NCBI GenBank assembly: GCA_951406725.2
Contig: OX597825.1
Coordinates: forward strand, 68,076,001 to 68,140,000
Direction of reading: 5' to 3'
DNA length: 64,000 nt
Origin: Octopus vulgaris
Taxonomy: Eukaryota
In this document: piece after piece, positions 26,704-42,627 of the stretch
Layout of the letters: each line of letters begins with the position of its first letter
How positions within the stretch are numbered: the stretch's first letter is position 1
The notes under the pieces: generated by a model
What the model was told of the DNA's origin: nothing
Databases searched by the model: none
What the model saw: only the letters and a program-made list of their open reading frames with translations
Translations under genes and position numbers: made by a program

Positions 26704-27212
26704 TCACACACTAGCATCAAATTAAATAACATCGTAAAGGTAGAAAGAGGTTGGTGGATGATGATGTAAAAAGCGAGGGAATGTGGTTTGTCTATATACA
26801 AAACCACTTGGCTTTTCTTCACTACAACAGTAACAACAACGCTAACAGCATGAGACAAGAAGGGCAGAGCATGTGCGCGGTCATTCGATCTGCAAGAAAT
26901 AGCTACCAAATACCCTTCCATTCATAGCCTACTGTTTTAATATAAGATCACTATGGACAACGTAGTCTCCTGAAAAATGCAAAACAAGTAGAGAGGCCAT
27001 GGTGGGAACACCTGAATTGTAGCACTACTGGCTCTGATCACGCCTGTCTTGGGGTTAACATAAATATCAACAATAGCAGCAACAACATTCTACAAATTCA
27101 CCGAGAATACAACACCTGGAGACGGTCACTCCAGTAATCAATGAGAAAACATGGAGTGTCTGCTATATGTGTGTACACATTCAAACATATGTGTGTGTAT
27201 GTGTGCATATTT

Positions 27213-27265
<53 letters not shown>

Positions 27266-27311
27266 TTATATATATATACACACACATACATACACGCACA
27301 CATATGTGCAA

Positions 27312-27346
<35 letters not shown>

Positions 27347-27453
27347 CTTACGTATATATCTATATACTTATATATACATGTGATGTTAAGTGTTTCGTCT
27401 ATATAGACAGTATACATATATACACATACAAACTGATAGATAGATAGATAGAT

Positions 27454-27513
<60 letters not shown>

Positions 27514-27566
27514 TATAGAGTTGGAGGGGGGAGAGAGAGACAGAGACATCCTTACAAACCCACTGT

Positions 27567-27636
<70 letters not shown>

Positions 27637-27714
27637 AGGTTAGTGGGAATTAGATAATCCTGGCGTTTATCTCGGGAACCACTCGCGGACGGCGGCTATC
27701 TAAAAATTATGAAG

Positions 27715-27745
<31 letters not shown>

Positions 27746-28990
27746 TATACATATTCGCGCGCGAGCTCGCACACACACACACACAGAGACACGCACACAC
27801 ACACACAAGATCGCCACAAGGTTTTGGAGCCCGGCACTAGCACTTTGGTTAATATCTATCTTCAATGTCCTTGAGAAAAAAAAACAGGCATGAACACTGC
27901 ACATTCTCATTTCACCTTTTTTCTTTTTTTCATATATCTCTGGCTAACTTCTACCCGTATATGTGAAGATATCATATGACATTACATCATGAAATGAATC
28001 TACGACCCGGTTTCGATACCCGGTTGTAAACATTTCCTTTAATTAATGTCCAAACAAAACTGAAAGAACAGCATGAATGCCACTAAATCTCATTTAACTA
28101 TCGAGGCCTTTGATATATAAACATAAGGTCTTCTGCTTTAACTCTGGGGAATTTATTTATTAAAGGGTGTTTGTTTCGATTTGTCTCGTGTCTTTTATCC
28201 GCGACCTAATTTCCTGTGTCCAACAGATTAAATCATATTTTTGTCATTCTTCTCTTGTGGAAATACATTAACGTCACAACATCACCCTCTTAGCATTTTC
28301 TTCTTGAGGAAAAAATAACTATTTTTAAGTATTTATCACGGGTTTCGGTGATTCTTGAAAGGAGATGGTAAATGAGAACGATAATGATGAGTGATTGTGG
28401 TGGCTACTGAGAAATGCATGAACTTCACATATTCACATATCATTTCCCTCCGCCTTTTCATAATTAAATTCCAGTCATTTTCCTATTTCTAAGTCTATAA
28501 AACTACTAGATATTACTATATCATTACATGACGAATCCTCCGAGTTTGTTTTCATTGTCGGGTTTTTCAGAAACGGGTTCAAATTCACTCAAGTCCCCCT
28601 AAATGGTTTTGGTCAACGAATGAAGTTCACATCATATAATTTCCTTTTGTTTCCTGTAAATGGATGGTTTTTGTGTCTAAGAAATCATTATGCGTGTATG
28701 AAAGACGGAGGAATTATTGTTATTTTTATTATTATTGTTATTATTATTATTAAATGTGTGTGAAGAGAGAGGGGGGGATAGAGAGACAAAACCAGAAAAC
28801 AGGCAGTACCATATATCAGAGGTTAGACATTATTTGACTGTTATGTTTATACCTGTGTCTATATATATATATATATATATACATATATATATAATGTAAT
28901 ACATACACACACTTTCATACACAGACACATTCGTGCATATATTTCATTCAATGTGTTTACACACACGTATACGCACACACATAGACAGAC

Positions 28991-29062
<72 letters not shown>

Positions 29063-29615
29063 GTGTGTGTGTATGAAAACACATTTACAGAAGCATATAT
29101 GTATATGTATGGATATATATATATATATATACATACCTATATATATATATATATACACACACAATCATACAACTACATACGCGTATGTGAATTGTGTTTC
29201 CCACTCTTTATATAAATATAAATACATATGTGATCATGAATTTATGGGTATCTCTCTCTCACTCTCTCTCTCTCTCTCTCTCACTCTCTCTCTCTCTCAC
29301 TCTCTCTCTCTCACTCTCTCTCTTTCACTCTCTCTCTCTCTCTCCTTCTCTCTATCTACCTATCTGTCTCTCACACATTCCCAAATTTATGTTTGTGTGT
29401 TTATCGGCATATTTGTATCTCTGTGTAGACATGCATGAAGTGTGTAAATATACATGTAAAATACTGTGTATATGTGTGCGTGTGTGTGTGTCTAAGTGTT
29501 TGTGTATGAGTCTGTGTGTGTTTATGTGTGTGTGTCTGTGTATGTATACGTAATAAAAGCTACATGTATTTATTGATAAAAACAAGGCATACATATATTA
29601 TATATACCTATATAT

Positions 29616-29700
<85 letters not shown>

Positions 29701-29744
29701 GTAGATGTGCTAGAACAAAACGGGAAAACATCAATTCGCCTTAC

Positions 29745-29862
29745 CTGTGATGGCAATCGGCGACCTCAGGTGTATACTGAGGCTGCCTTTGATCTTGTCA
29801 CCTGCAGTGTACACCTGGTCGGGGTCATCCAGGATACATTCGAAATTTAGCACCCCAAGCAT
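29745..29862 (-). CDS. First coding exon of an alpha-arrestin (arrestin-domain-containing, ARRDC/TXNIP family) gene
   Basis: Minus strand translates MLGVLNFECILDDPDQVYTAGDKIKGSLSIHLRSPIAIT(G). This matches the Arrestin_N start pattern F-x-I-x-L-D-x(3-4)-V-Y-x-x-G-x-x-I-x-G-x-(V/L)-x-I-x-L-x-x-P. ATG has A at -3 and an in-frame TAA 9 nt upstream. The exon ends in a canonical CAG|GTAAG donor (phase 1). Family assigned by recall; paralogue not determinable. Confidence 0.85.
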
Positions 29863-30286
29863 CGTATCTTAACTCCCGGTTCTCCTTCCTCACCCCCCAA
29901 ATCAGAGGGTCGTGGTGGTGATGAGAAAAATCACCCGCCAATGGAACCAACAGCACGTAGTGTTGTTTAATGCTATACAGCGAGTGTGTATATATGCGTG
30001 TATATATGCGTGTATATATGCTTTTTTGCTGTGGTCTTATGTTATATATATATGTATGTGTTTATGTATGGAAAAGACTAAGCGAGGGGGGTGAGGGGAA
30101 CCAGGAGAAGGTCCATCTATGAAGCGATCCCTCTTGCGTTTGTCAATGGTATAGGTGGTGCCGTTGTGAGGTTATACAGGGGGTTGTTCATTTTCCCCCC
30201 CTGTATGTGTGTTTGTTTGTTTGTTTTTTATACGGGGGGTTACGTTAAGGGATGTTCTTTACTCTCCTTGTTTTTGTTTATCTTGC

Positions 30287-30316
30287 AGCTGCTGCTGCTG
30301 CTGCTACCGCTGCTGC

Positions 30317-30353
<37 letters not shown>

Positions 30354-30366
30354 GCCGCTGCTGCTG
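30287..30366. repeat. (CAG/CTG)n tract upstream of the arrestin ATG (possible 5' UTR/promoter)
   Basis: About 26 imperfect CTG units, ~430 bp upstream of the start codon on the gene's strand. Confidence 0.8.
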
Positions 30367-30446
30367 TTGTTATTGAGGGGTACGTTGAGGTTCGTTCATT
30401 TCTGTAATTGTTATCGATAAAGGGAGTTCATTGAAAGCAGAGGAGC

Positions 30447-30502
30447 TATTATTTTTTATTTATTATTACTATTACTATTTTTATTTATTTATTCATTATT
30501 AC

Positions 30503-30557
<55 letters not shown>

Positions 30558-30656
30558 TATTTACTATTACTATTATTATTATTATTTTTTTATTTATTAT
30601 TATTACTATTTTTATTTATTCATTTATTATCGTTATTATTATTATTATTATTATTA

Positions 30657-30696
<40 letters not shown>

Positions 30697-30741
30697 TTTT
30701 ATTTATTTATTTATTATTACTATTATTATTATTATTATTAC

Positions 30742-30773
<32 letters not shown>

Positions 30774-30794
30774 TATTATTATTATTATTATATA

Positions 30795-30847
<53 letters not shown>

Positions 30848-30909
30848 TATTATTGTTGTTATTATTATTATATTATTACTATTATTATTATTATTATTTA
30901 TTATTATTA

Positions 30910-30975
<66 letters not shown>

Positions 30976-31049
30976 ACGGAACTGTCACGTTAAGTTGACA
31001 GTATACAACCACATATCTCTATGAGATATTTAGAAATTTAATATTTCTG

Positions 31050-31097
<48 letters not shown>
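30447..31097. repeat. (ATT)n array
   Basis: Direct reading. Confidence 0.95.
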
Positions 31098-31098
<1 letters not shown>

Positions 31099-31264
31099 GG
31101 TACAGCGGTGAGGTTTGTTCATGATGTTGTTTATTGCTTATTATTCTGGTTGGTGTTGTTTGTTGTTGTTGTTGTTGTTGTTGTTAAATTGGTGATGTTG
31201 TTGGTAATGACAACGGTAATAACGATGATAACGATGTTGCTGCTGCTGATGATGATGATGGTTG

Positions 31265-31297
<33 letters not shown>

Positions 31298-31699
31298 CTT
31301 ATTGTTATAGTGACGGCGGTGATGAAGAAGCTGGCGACGGCGGCGACGATGATAATAAGAATAAGATGGGGAGGAAGAAGAAGGAAAACTGAAAGGGTAT
31401 CTACTCGGTGCTAGGGACGTCATCCTGTCATCTTGTAGTCGGTCGTGCTTTCGCTACAACATACTCGCACTACCACTACTACTACTATTACTACCATCAA
31501 TGCTACTATTACTACTACTACTAATACTGCTACTGCTACTGCTGCTACTGCTGCTGCTACTACTACTGCTGCTGCTGCTATTGCTAACGTTACAAATGCC
31601 GTTACTGTTGCTGTTGATGTTGCGACATTGGTGCTTTCGTCTGATGCACTCGGAGCTGTTGCGAATCTTGTGCGATTGTGTGACTGTGTGACCGTGTCT

Positions 31700-34000
<2,301 letters not shown>

Positions 34001-35100
34001 ATACATACCAGCGTGTGTGTATACAGATACGCATACATGGAGGGAGAGAAGGATAGACAGAGATAGACCTCAGATAGGAATCTCTCGTTATCAATATACA
34101 TTCACTTATAAATATATACATGCATATTTATAAATATGTACACACACACATACACACACACGGGATATACCATCATCATAATGCTCTAAACTCGGTCCTA
34201 CAAGCGCTGCGAAGAAGTACTTTTATTGTATCTCCAATTTCACCAATATTTTGTGTGTTGAGGAACGGAATTGACTCGACGAAAATTTTCCAAGCTACCA
34301 TACTTGAGGTAGTGAGCTGAAAATAATTCTTAAATAAGTGAACATACAACCCAAATGAGAGAGAGAAAGAGAGAGAGAGAGAAATAGTATAAATGAAAAA
34401 TAATACTCAAAAGAAGTAAGGGAGAGAACTCTTGAAATTTCAATAAAAAATCCGGTCTTTGGTAGTTAGATATATATATACCGTAAATCCTCGAGTATAA
34501 TCCGCATTTTTTCCCAAAAAATTTCATGGTCAAAATCCCTAGTGCGTACTATATACGAGGTTAAAAATGAGTCTCTATTTGCTGTCCGACAATGTTTATT
34601 CAGACGTATTTTGTAATGTCGGGCGCGAAAATACTGAACCTGGAACCATATAGTTGGGAAGCAAGCCTCTTACCACACAGCCACGCCATGCACCGCTGGT
34701 CACAATGCACTTCCTCGCATTGTTGTAGCTTTCAAATGCTAACGCCCCACTAGCTAGGCGGGTGGGCCTATGGCATAAAAGTGATTGAGATCAGGACATT
34801 TCTTGCTAAACGAGACAACAATACGTCAAAAGGTAATAATTTACAGCCGTATGGACTGGAACAACCTGAAATGACGGGGTTTAAAACAAGTACACAACGC
34901 AGTGACTGGTCGAAGAATCGAAACCGTGTTCTTGCGATCGTGAATGTAACACTCTTACCACTAGGCCATTTCTACAAGCTGCATCGCAACTTCAGTGGCA
35001 CGAAAAAACATCCAATCTATGTTGTAAAGTGGTTGTTGTTGTTAAGAAGAGTATCTAGTCGTAGGAACCATACCAGACATTGGAACATATATATATATAC

Positions 35101-35266
35101 AGGCGCAGGAGTGGCTATGTGGTAAGTAGCTTGTTTACCAACCACATGGTTCCGGGTTCAGTCCCACTGCGTGGCACCTTGGGCAACTGTCTTCTACTAT
35201 AGCCTCGGGCCGACCAAAGCCTTGTGTGTGGATTTGGTAGACAGAAACTGAAAGAAGCCCGTCGTA

Positions 35267-35346
<80 letters not shown>

Positions 35347-35553
35347 GTGTCTGTGTTTGTCCCCCTAGCATTGTTTGACAACCGATGCTGGTGTGTTTAC
35401 GTCCCCGTCGTTTAGCGGTTCGGCAAAAGAGACCGATAGAACAAGTACTGGGCTTACAAAGAATAAGTCCCGGGGTCGAGTTGCTCGACTAAAGGCGGTG
35501 CTCCAGCATGGCCGCAGTCAAAATGACTGAAACAAGTAAAAGAGTAAAAGAGA
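35101..35553 (+). mobile_element. Family A SINE, near consensus, internal (TA)n
   Basis: Complete head, core and (TAAAAGAG) tail; CpGs intact. Confidence 0.9.
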
Positions 35554-35558
35554 GAATA

Positions 35559-35856
35559 TAAGAATGATGGAAAATGAAAACAAACACTCAAGATGTTATT
35601 TAAATCATTTATATGACCATATCACCAACATATGTTTCGATGGATGCATTAAAATAAATCCTAGAGGATGATTAATGTGGAACAATGCATCAATCTTACC
35701 AGGAAGGATATAATGATAAAATTGATGCATTGTTCCACATTATTCATCCTCTCGGATTTATTTTAATGCATCCATCGAAACATATGTCGGTGATATGGTG
35801 ATATAAATGATTTAAATAAGATCTTGAGTATTTGTTTCTGTTTTCCATTATTCTTA
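35559..35856. repeat. Fold-back palindrome (~135-bp arms) with hammerhead remnant
   Basis: Arms are reverse complements around a 26-nt spacer. Minus strand reads CTGGTAA-GATTGATGCATT...AATGCATCCATC-GAAA-CATATG-TT; the plus arm has GAAA-CATATG-TC. Confidence 0.8.
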
Positions 35857-36070
35857 TGTTCTCCAAATCACGTCTCGCTTTTCCCCGGAATTAACTCTCA
35901 CGCAAGTGTGATCATTGTGACATCTGGCTCCCTTGTAATTCTTCCTCTGGATCTTTCCTATAAACTGTACATTCATATGTGTGTGTGTGTGTGTATGCAT
36001 GTATGTATGTATGTATGTATGTATCTGTGTATGCATGCATATATGTATGTATATGTATATATATATATAT

Positions 36071-36226
36071 ATACAAAATGAGAAAATGGAGAAATATACC
36101 TCAATACTTTATTAAACCATTACACAACAATTGCTGTTGTGTAATGGTTTAATAAAGTATTCAGTGGGTATTATCTGATGGTTGATGATTAATTTAGGTA
36201 TGTCTCTCCATTTTCTCATTTTGTAT
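36071..36226. repeat. Hairpin with perfect 27-bp inner stem
   Basis: AATACTTTATTAAACCATTACACAACA-attgc-TGTTGTGTAATGGTTTAATAAAGTATT (36103-36161), plus an outer ~30-bp stem. Confidence 0.85.
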
Positions 36227-36389
36227 TATTAATTTACGGTAATAATTTTACCCTTGCCCACATAATACAGTAGATGAATTAATTGCATCGCAATTTTTAA
36301 CATTTATGTATTAGTTTTGTTGGGTACCTCTCTAGCAGTATATTGGATATATGTTATCCCATGGAGGGTTGAATTTACAACCCATATCT

Positions 36390-36465
<76 letters not shown>

Positions 36466-37149
36466 TAAAATTTTCCATTTATAAATTTATAATGCTTATG
36501 CTAGATTTTTAAAAAATTACGTATGTAACTCTACGCATTCCTGATATATCGTTTCCCTAATTTGTTAATTTTTGGGGAATTCTTTCGTGCGACGTCTATT
36601 TCTGCCTCTTTCTCTTTCTTTGCCTCTCTTTTGTCTTCCTCCCTCCTTCTCTCTCTTTCTTTCTTACTCCCTCTCCATTTCTCTCTTTTCCTCCCTCATA
36701 CTTTACTTCTTTCGTTCTGACTTTCTATCTGTCCTGTTGTCTCCAGTCCTACAGGACGTTTTCATTTTCCTTTGTGTTACCCTATATCCGTCTGCCTCGC
36801 GGCTGCACGGCTTTTTTTTTTTTTTTTGTATATGTATATTTCATTTTGTTGTGTTTGCTTTCGTCATTGTCTTGTGCGTTCGTTAGCTATTCCCAGTGAC
36901 TTTTCGCCACTGGCGCCACCAAAAGTGAACAATATCAACGTTAAAGGCGCGAAACTGAAAAGCTGTTTTGGACATTGACTGATGAGAAATTGGATATTGA
37001 CAAATGAAGACATTGATTGATGAAGACATTAACTGATGAGGACATTGACTGATGAGCTCGAATTTCCTGCTTGTTATGTTTTTGTAAAATCTCCCGTTTG
37101 TTATGTTTTTGTTAAATTATATATATATATATATATATAAACAAACAAA

Positions 37150-37564
37150 CAATTCAAATAAACGGATAAAAAAGAAGAAAAAACAACGAACTAAAAGTAG
37201 TAGAATGCACGAACGATTGTGGTGGTGTCATGAAGTAAACATGCTTCAGATACACTCGTTTATTCATACAAACGTAACTGAGATTAAATATGTCATAAAT
37301 AACAGTAACAAACGAAATATACACCGCCGAAAGTTGTTGACAAACAACAGCAGTAATTTTATTCAGCTGAATACACATCATTGATTGGTTCAAATTACCG
37401 AAACACGACAACTTTAACACGAAATAACTTCGTAAATATAAGCTTTTCTCAAAAACGCTGAAAGTAAAAGATGTTTTATATGACACATTCTACCAGTATA
37501 CGAAGTTTGAAAGTGTTTAGTTACAAAAAAATATAGATACAAAAAAATTAAAAGGTAAAGATCC
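37150..37564. mobile_element. Right part of a Merlin-like MITE family member
   Basis: Shares its body with 52520-52990 and ends in AAAGGTAAAGATCC, like the other copies. Confidence 0.65.
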
Positions 37565-38403
37565 AAATAAATAAATAAATAAATAGATAAATAAAAGAAA
37601 AAATGACCAAAATCACTACTGAGTGGTTTTCAAAATTTCTTAAATTCAAAGAAATTTTTTTTCACCGAAAAGATGTCTCTCATTGTTTTTAACTGCGCAG
37701 GGCAAAATAAAAATTGGACGAAATCGATCGAGAAGGGAGGGCGGGTTCATAAATTCTCAAAATTTTTGTCATAAAAAACTTCCCCCTCATCATTTGCAAG
37801 GGTCTACAATGTAACCCTTGCAAATGTGTTTATTTGTGTGTCTGTGTTTGTCCCCCCAACATCGCTTGACAACTGTTGCTGGTGTGTTTATGTTCCCGTA
37901 ACTTAGCGGTTCAGCAAAAGCAACCGATAGAATAAGTACTAGGCTTGCAAAGAATAAGCTCTGGGATCGATTTGCTCGACTAAAAGCGGTGCTCCAGCAT
38001 GGCCACAGTCAAATGATTGAAACAAGTAAAAGAGTAAGAGAGGTTTAAAGTTTGACCGTTTTTACACAATCAAAGACAGGATTTGTACGTGATAGCTGTG
38101 GAAAAATGAAAATAAACATTAGAAGATGAAGTTTGAAACAAAATGAAAGCAATGCGTGAGGGATAATATATATTATCTTTGGGGTGGAGATTTCGAAAAT
38201 CAAATTCGTTTTTCTCGAGGACGCACCATTTCCAGAAACTTTTGAGGCTAAACACGCATACATAACCATATACATTTGCATTTATATAGTAGATATATAG
38301 CCACACACAGACACACATAAGCATATAGTCATAGCACCAGCTACCTATTGAGTTTTGGTGCACTCTCAGCAATTAAATTAAAATTAGCTTATGTGCGTCT
38401 ACC

Positions 38404-38457
<54 letters not shown>

Positions 38458-38792
38458 CGTATGTAGCCCATCAATTGTCGACGATGACAGGCCGTATGGA
38501 ATGTCTTGAGTTGTAATATCAGAAGAGAATCGATCTATTGATCACCTTCAGTAGTTTCCGTCCTCAGTTGGCTCTTGTCCAGTTGCGGGTATCGATGTCC
38601 ACACAGACACACACAAACACACACACACACACACATTATGAATATATGTATGAAGACACACCCATTTTTATGTGCGTATGTATGCTTGCGTGTGAATATA
38701 TATATATATATATATATAGATATAAAGATATAAAGAAATATATATATGTATACATCTATGCATGTACACGCACACACACATGTGTATGTGTA

Positions 38793-38886
<94 letters not shown>

Positions 38887-39082
38887 CACACGCAAGCATA
38901 CATACATACATGCATACATACATACCATACTTACATACATACATGCATACATACCATACTTACATACATACATACATACCATACTTACATACATACATGC
39001 ATACATACCATACTTACATACATACATAAATACATACATACATGCATACATACATACATACATACATACATGCATACATATG

Positions 39083-39184
<102 letters not shown>

Positions 39185-39764
39185 TATATATATGTACGTA
39201 TGAGTGTATGTATTTTAAGTTGAAATTTTTCAGTTTATTCTTGTGTGTCTTTCGTTACCAATCTTCAGGCAATTGCGAAAATGCAACGTGGGAAGTTTAA
39301 TATTCAAGGAGCGTACATAAAATTTTGAGTAGCATGGCATAAACTAGTTAGGAAAATAGCAAAGGAATATTATTGAAAATGACAAAGGAATAATTATTTA
39401 TTGATAATGCTTAAGTGTTTGGAAAACGAGTATTAAATTTAAAACTAAAAGAATTAACGCTATGAAAATAATTTCTTCAAAGACATCTAAAAGATATGAG
39501 AATATGTCATAAAAAAAAGTCTGTATGCCGGTATGAAATAATGACAGATGACAATATAGTGAAACTGAAGCGATTCGTAACGGATTGAATTATCTCATCT
39601 TCCGAAAATGTGAGTTAAGTTGCGGTTGTCACAACTGTAATTGTTTTATCTATTTGGAAGAATAAACCTTCGAACAAAGAACTTTTCAGAGAGCATCCAA
39701 CGATAAACAGTTCTGAAAAGCTAATAAAAGACGTTGTTATCTACAAGTATTGCCATTTTATCCA

Positions 39765-40545
39765 TCTATCCATCTTCATCCACTATTCCTGAATAGGTTG
39801 TGGGGGCAGTGTCTTCGAGCGGTTCCCTCTATAGGCACCTATCAGAAGCAACCATCATTACACTTTCCAGCTGGATTCCCAAGGGTGTCCAATTGAGACT
39901 ATGGATTTTATCTAACGATCTCGTTGTCGGTCTATTCCGGTCGGTTCCTCTTGAAGAATCCGACTTGCCATTCTTTCCTGCGACATTCTAATCATATGCC
40001 CGTAATACTGGAGCTGTGATTTCTCAATGCAGAGAAGAACCTGCTCGACCTGGAGAGACCTCGAGAGACTCCATGATCTCCGAGCTACGAACCCTGTCGA
40101 GTAACCTTACTCCAGAGATCCTTCGGAGAACCGCACTTCAGTCGCTTGTATTCACACTCGTCCTCTTTTCGTCATTACCCTACATTCATGACCAATGCAG
40201 AGAAGAACCTGCTCGACCTGGAGAGACCTCGAGAGACTCCATGATCTCCGAGCTACGAACCCTGTCGAGTAACCTTACTCCAGAGATCCTTCGGAGAACC
40301 GCACTTCAGTCGCTTGTATTCACACTCGTCCTCTTTTCGTCATTACCCTACATTCATGACCAATGCAGAGAAGAACCTGCTCGACCTGGAGAGACCTCGA
40401 GAGACTCCATGATCTCCGAGCTACGCACCCTGTCGAGTAACCTTACTCCAGAGATCCTTCGGAGAACCGCACTTCAGTCGCTTGTATTCACACTCGTCCT
40501 CTTTTCGTCATTACCCTACATTCGTGACCATAGGTGAAGACAGGC
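39765..40545 (-). mobile_element. Rex3/Expander-type RTE LINE 3' fragment with internal 3 x 168-bp tandem repeat
   Basis: Minus strand VFTYGHECRVMTKR...IQATEVRF...VEQVLLCIEKSQLQYYGHMIRMSQER...PTG, then a (GATG)-like tail. Repeat units start at 40025, 40193 and 40361. Confidence 0.85.
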
Positions 40546-40893
40546 ATGAAAGCCGACGTGCCATTTTATTTTATTCTTTATTTAAACAAAGCTGATGGAT
40601 CAGATTTGAGCGGAAATTACTCTATAAAAATTAGAATTCAGAATTGGACATCGAATTAGAAAATCAATAGTTCGTGTCTTTCAAAGAATGAAAGTACTTA
40701 GATGAACTGCATCCTTCTTTTAATGATAATTTATTGTATGTCCCTACGTTGTGACAACTTTAGTAGTCAAGCAGTGTTTAACAACATAAAAACGTTAAAT
40801 GGCATTTCATAGCATGTAGGCTCTTAACAACTAAACCATAGAATCTTTTTGTTCGGCAACCAGTTAAGAGTGACTAAGATTATTTAGTAGGTT

Positions 40894-41070
<177 letters not shown>

Positions 41071-41092
41071 AGAAAGACTATATGAATGTACG

Positions 41093-41340
41093 TGGAGGCG
41101 CGTGGCTTAGTGGTTAGGGTGTCAGCATCATGATCGTAAGATTGTGGTTTCGATTCTTGGACCGGGCGACGCGTTGTGTTCTTGAGCAAAACACTTCATT
41201 TCACGTTGCTCCAGTCCACTCAGCTAGCAAAAATGAGTAACGCTGCTATGGACTGGCGTCCCGTCCAGCTGGGGAACACATACGCCACTGAAACCTGGAA
41301 ACCGGGTCCATGAGCCTGGCTACGCTTTAAAAGGGGCGCA
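41093..41340 (+). mobile_element. tRNA-derived SINE (family C)
   Basis: TGGAGGCGCGTGGCTTAGTGGTTAGG (A box) ... GGTTTCGATTCTTGG (B box). Confidence 0.8.
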
Positions 41341-41445
41341 TTTATATTTTTATTTATATGAATGTACACATAACGATTAAATATATGTATGTATATAAAT
41401 GTGCGTGTACATATACACGTATATACTATTTATATATGTACATAA

Positions 41446-42212
41446 GGCGGCGAGCTGGCAGAAACGTTAGCACGCCGGTCGAAATGCGTAGCCGTATTTC
41501 GTCAGCCATTACGTTCTGGGTTCAAATTCCGCTGAGGTCGACTTTGCCTTTCATCCTTTCGAGGTCGATAAATTAAGTACCAGTTACGCACTGGGGTCGA
41601 TGTAATCGACTTAATCCGTTTGTCTGTCCTTGTTTGTCTTCTCTGTGTTTAGCCCCTTGTGGGTAATAAAGAAATAGGTATTTCGTCTGCCGTTACGTTC
41701 TGAGTTCAAATTCCGCCGAGGTTGACTCTGCCTTTCATCCTTTCGGGGTCGATAAATTAAGTACCAGTTACGCACTGGGGTCGAATGTAATCGACTTAAT
41801 CCGTTTGTCTGTACTTGTTTGTCTTCTCTGTGTTTAGCCCCTTGTGGGTAGTAAAGAAATGGGTATTTCGTCTGCTGTTACGTTCTGAGCTCAAATTCCG
41901 CCGAGGTTGACTCTGCCTTTCATCCTTTCGGGGTCGATAAATAAAGTGCCACTTACGCACTGGGTCGATCTAATCGACTTAATCCCTTTGTCTGTCATTG
42001 TTTGTCCTCTCTGTGTTTAGCCCCTTGGGGGTAGTAAAGAAATAGGTATTTTGTCTGCCATTACATTCTGGGTTCAAATTCCGCTGAGGTCGACTTTGCC
42101 TTTCATCCTTTCGGGGTTGATAAATAAAGTACCAGTTACGCACTGTGGTCGATCTAATCGACTTAATCCCTTTGTCTGTCCTTGTTTGTCTCCTCTTGTG
42201 GGCAATAAAGAA
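41446..42212 (+). mobile_element. Family B SINE with four tandem ~185-bp body units
   Basis: One head, then GTATTT(C/T)GTC...AAAGAAATAG units starting at about 41494, 41678, 41863 and 42047. Confidence 0.88.
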
Positions 42213-42627
42213 ATATATACATGTATAGACTATTTATACATGTACACACACACACACACACATAATTGTGGAGTTTCCTGTCTTAGACGATAGAGGAGGT
42301 TTCAGCAATGACTTGTTTACAGCGATCAAATGTTTGTGCTGTACAAGAGCTCATCACTCCCACCATCAAACCTACATTACCTGAACAGATTCGCGGTGTG
42401 TCACATGTCAGATGTCGAAGTGATCGCTGATTCACTAAAATGGCATTGGTCGTCCTAGAACTGCAGTAGGAGACACCAGCCCAAGGTGTCACGTAGTGGG
42501 GCTGAACCTAAAACCGTGCAGTCTCGAAGCAAACTTCTTAACCACACAGCCATGCCTGCGCGTGTATATACGTTCACTGAATAAGTTTCTAAAGATCGTA
42601 AGATGGTTTGAATTTTTGTTTATTTAT

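Noticed and set aside
36970-37062. Repeated CTGATGAG resembling hammerhead cores
   Set aside because: Part of a ~14-bp GACATTGACTGATGA tandem repeat, with no stem II/GAAA/stem III arrangement.
41093-41170. tRNA genes (also near 9210-9283, 21290 and 45665-45700)
   Set aside because: A/B boxes are present, but they continue into SINE bodies or lack a full cloverleaf; these are tRNA-derived SINE heads or fragments.
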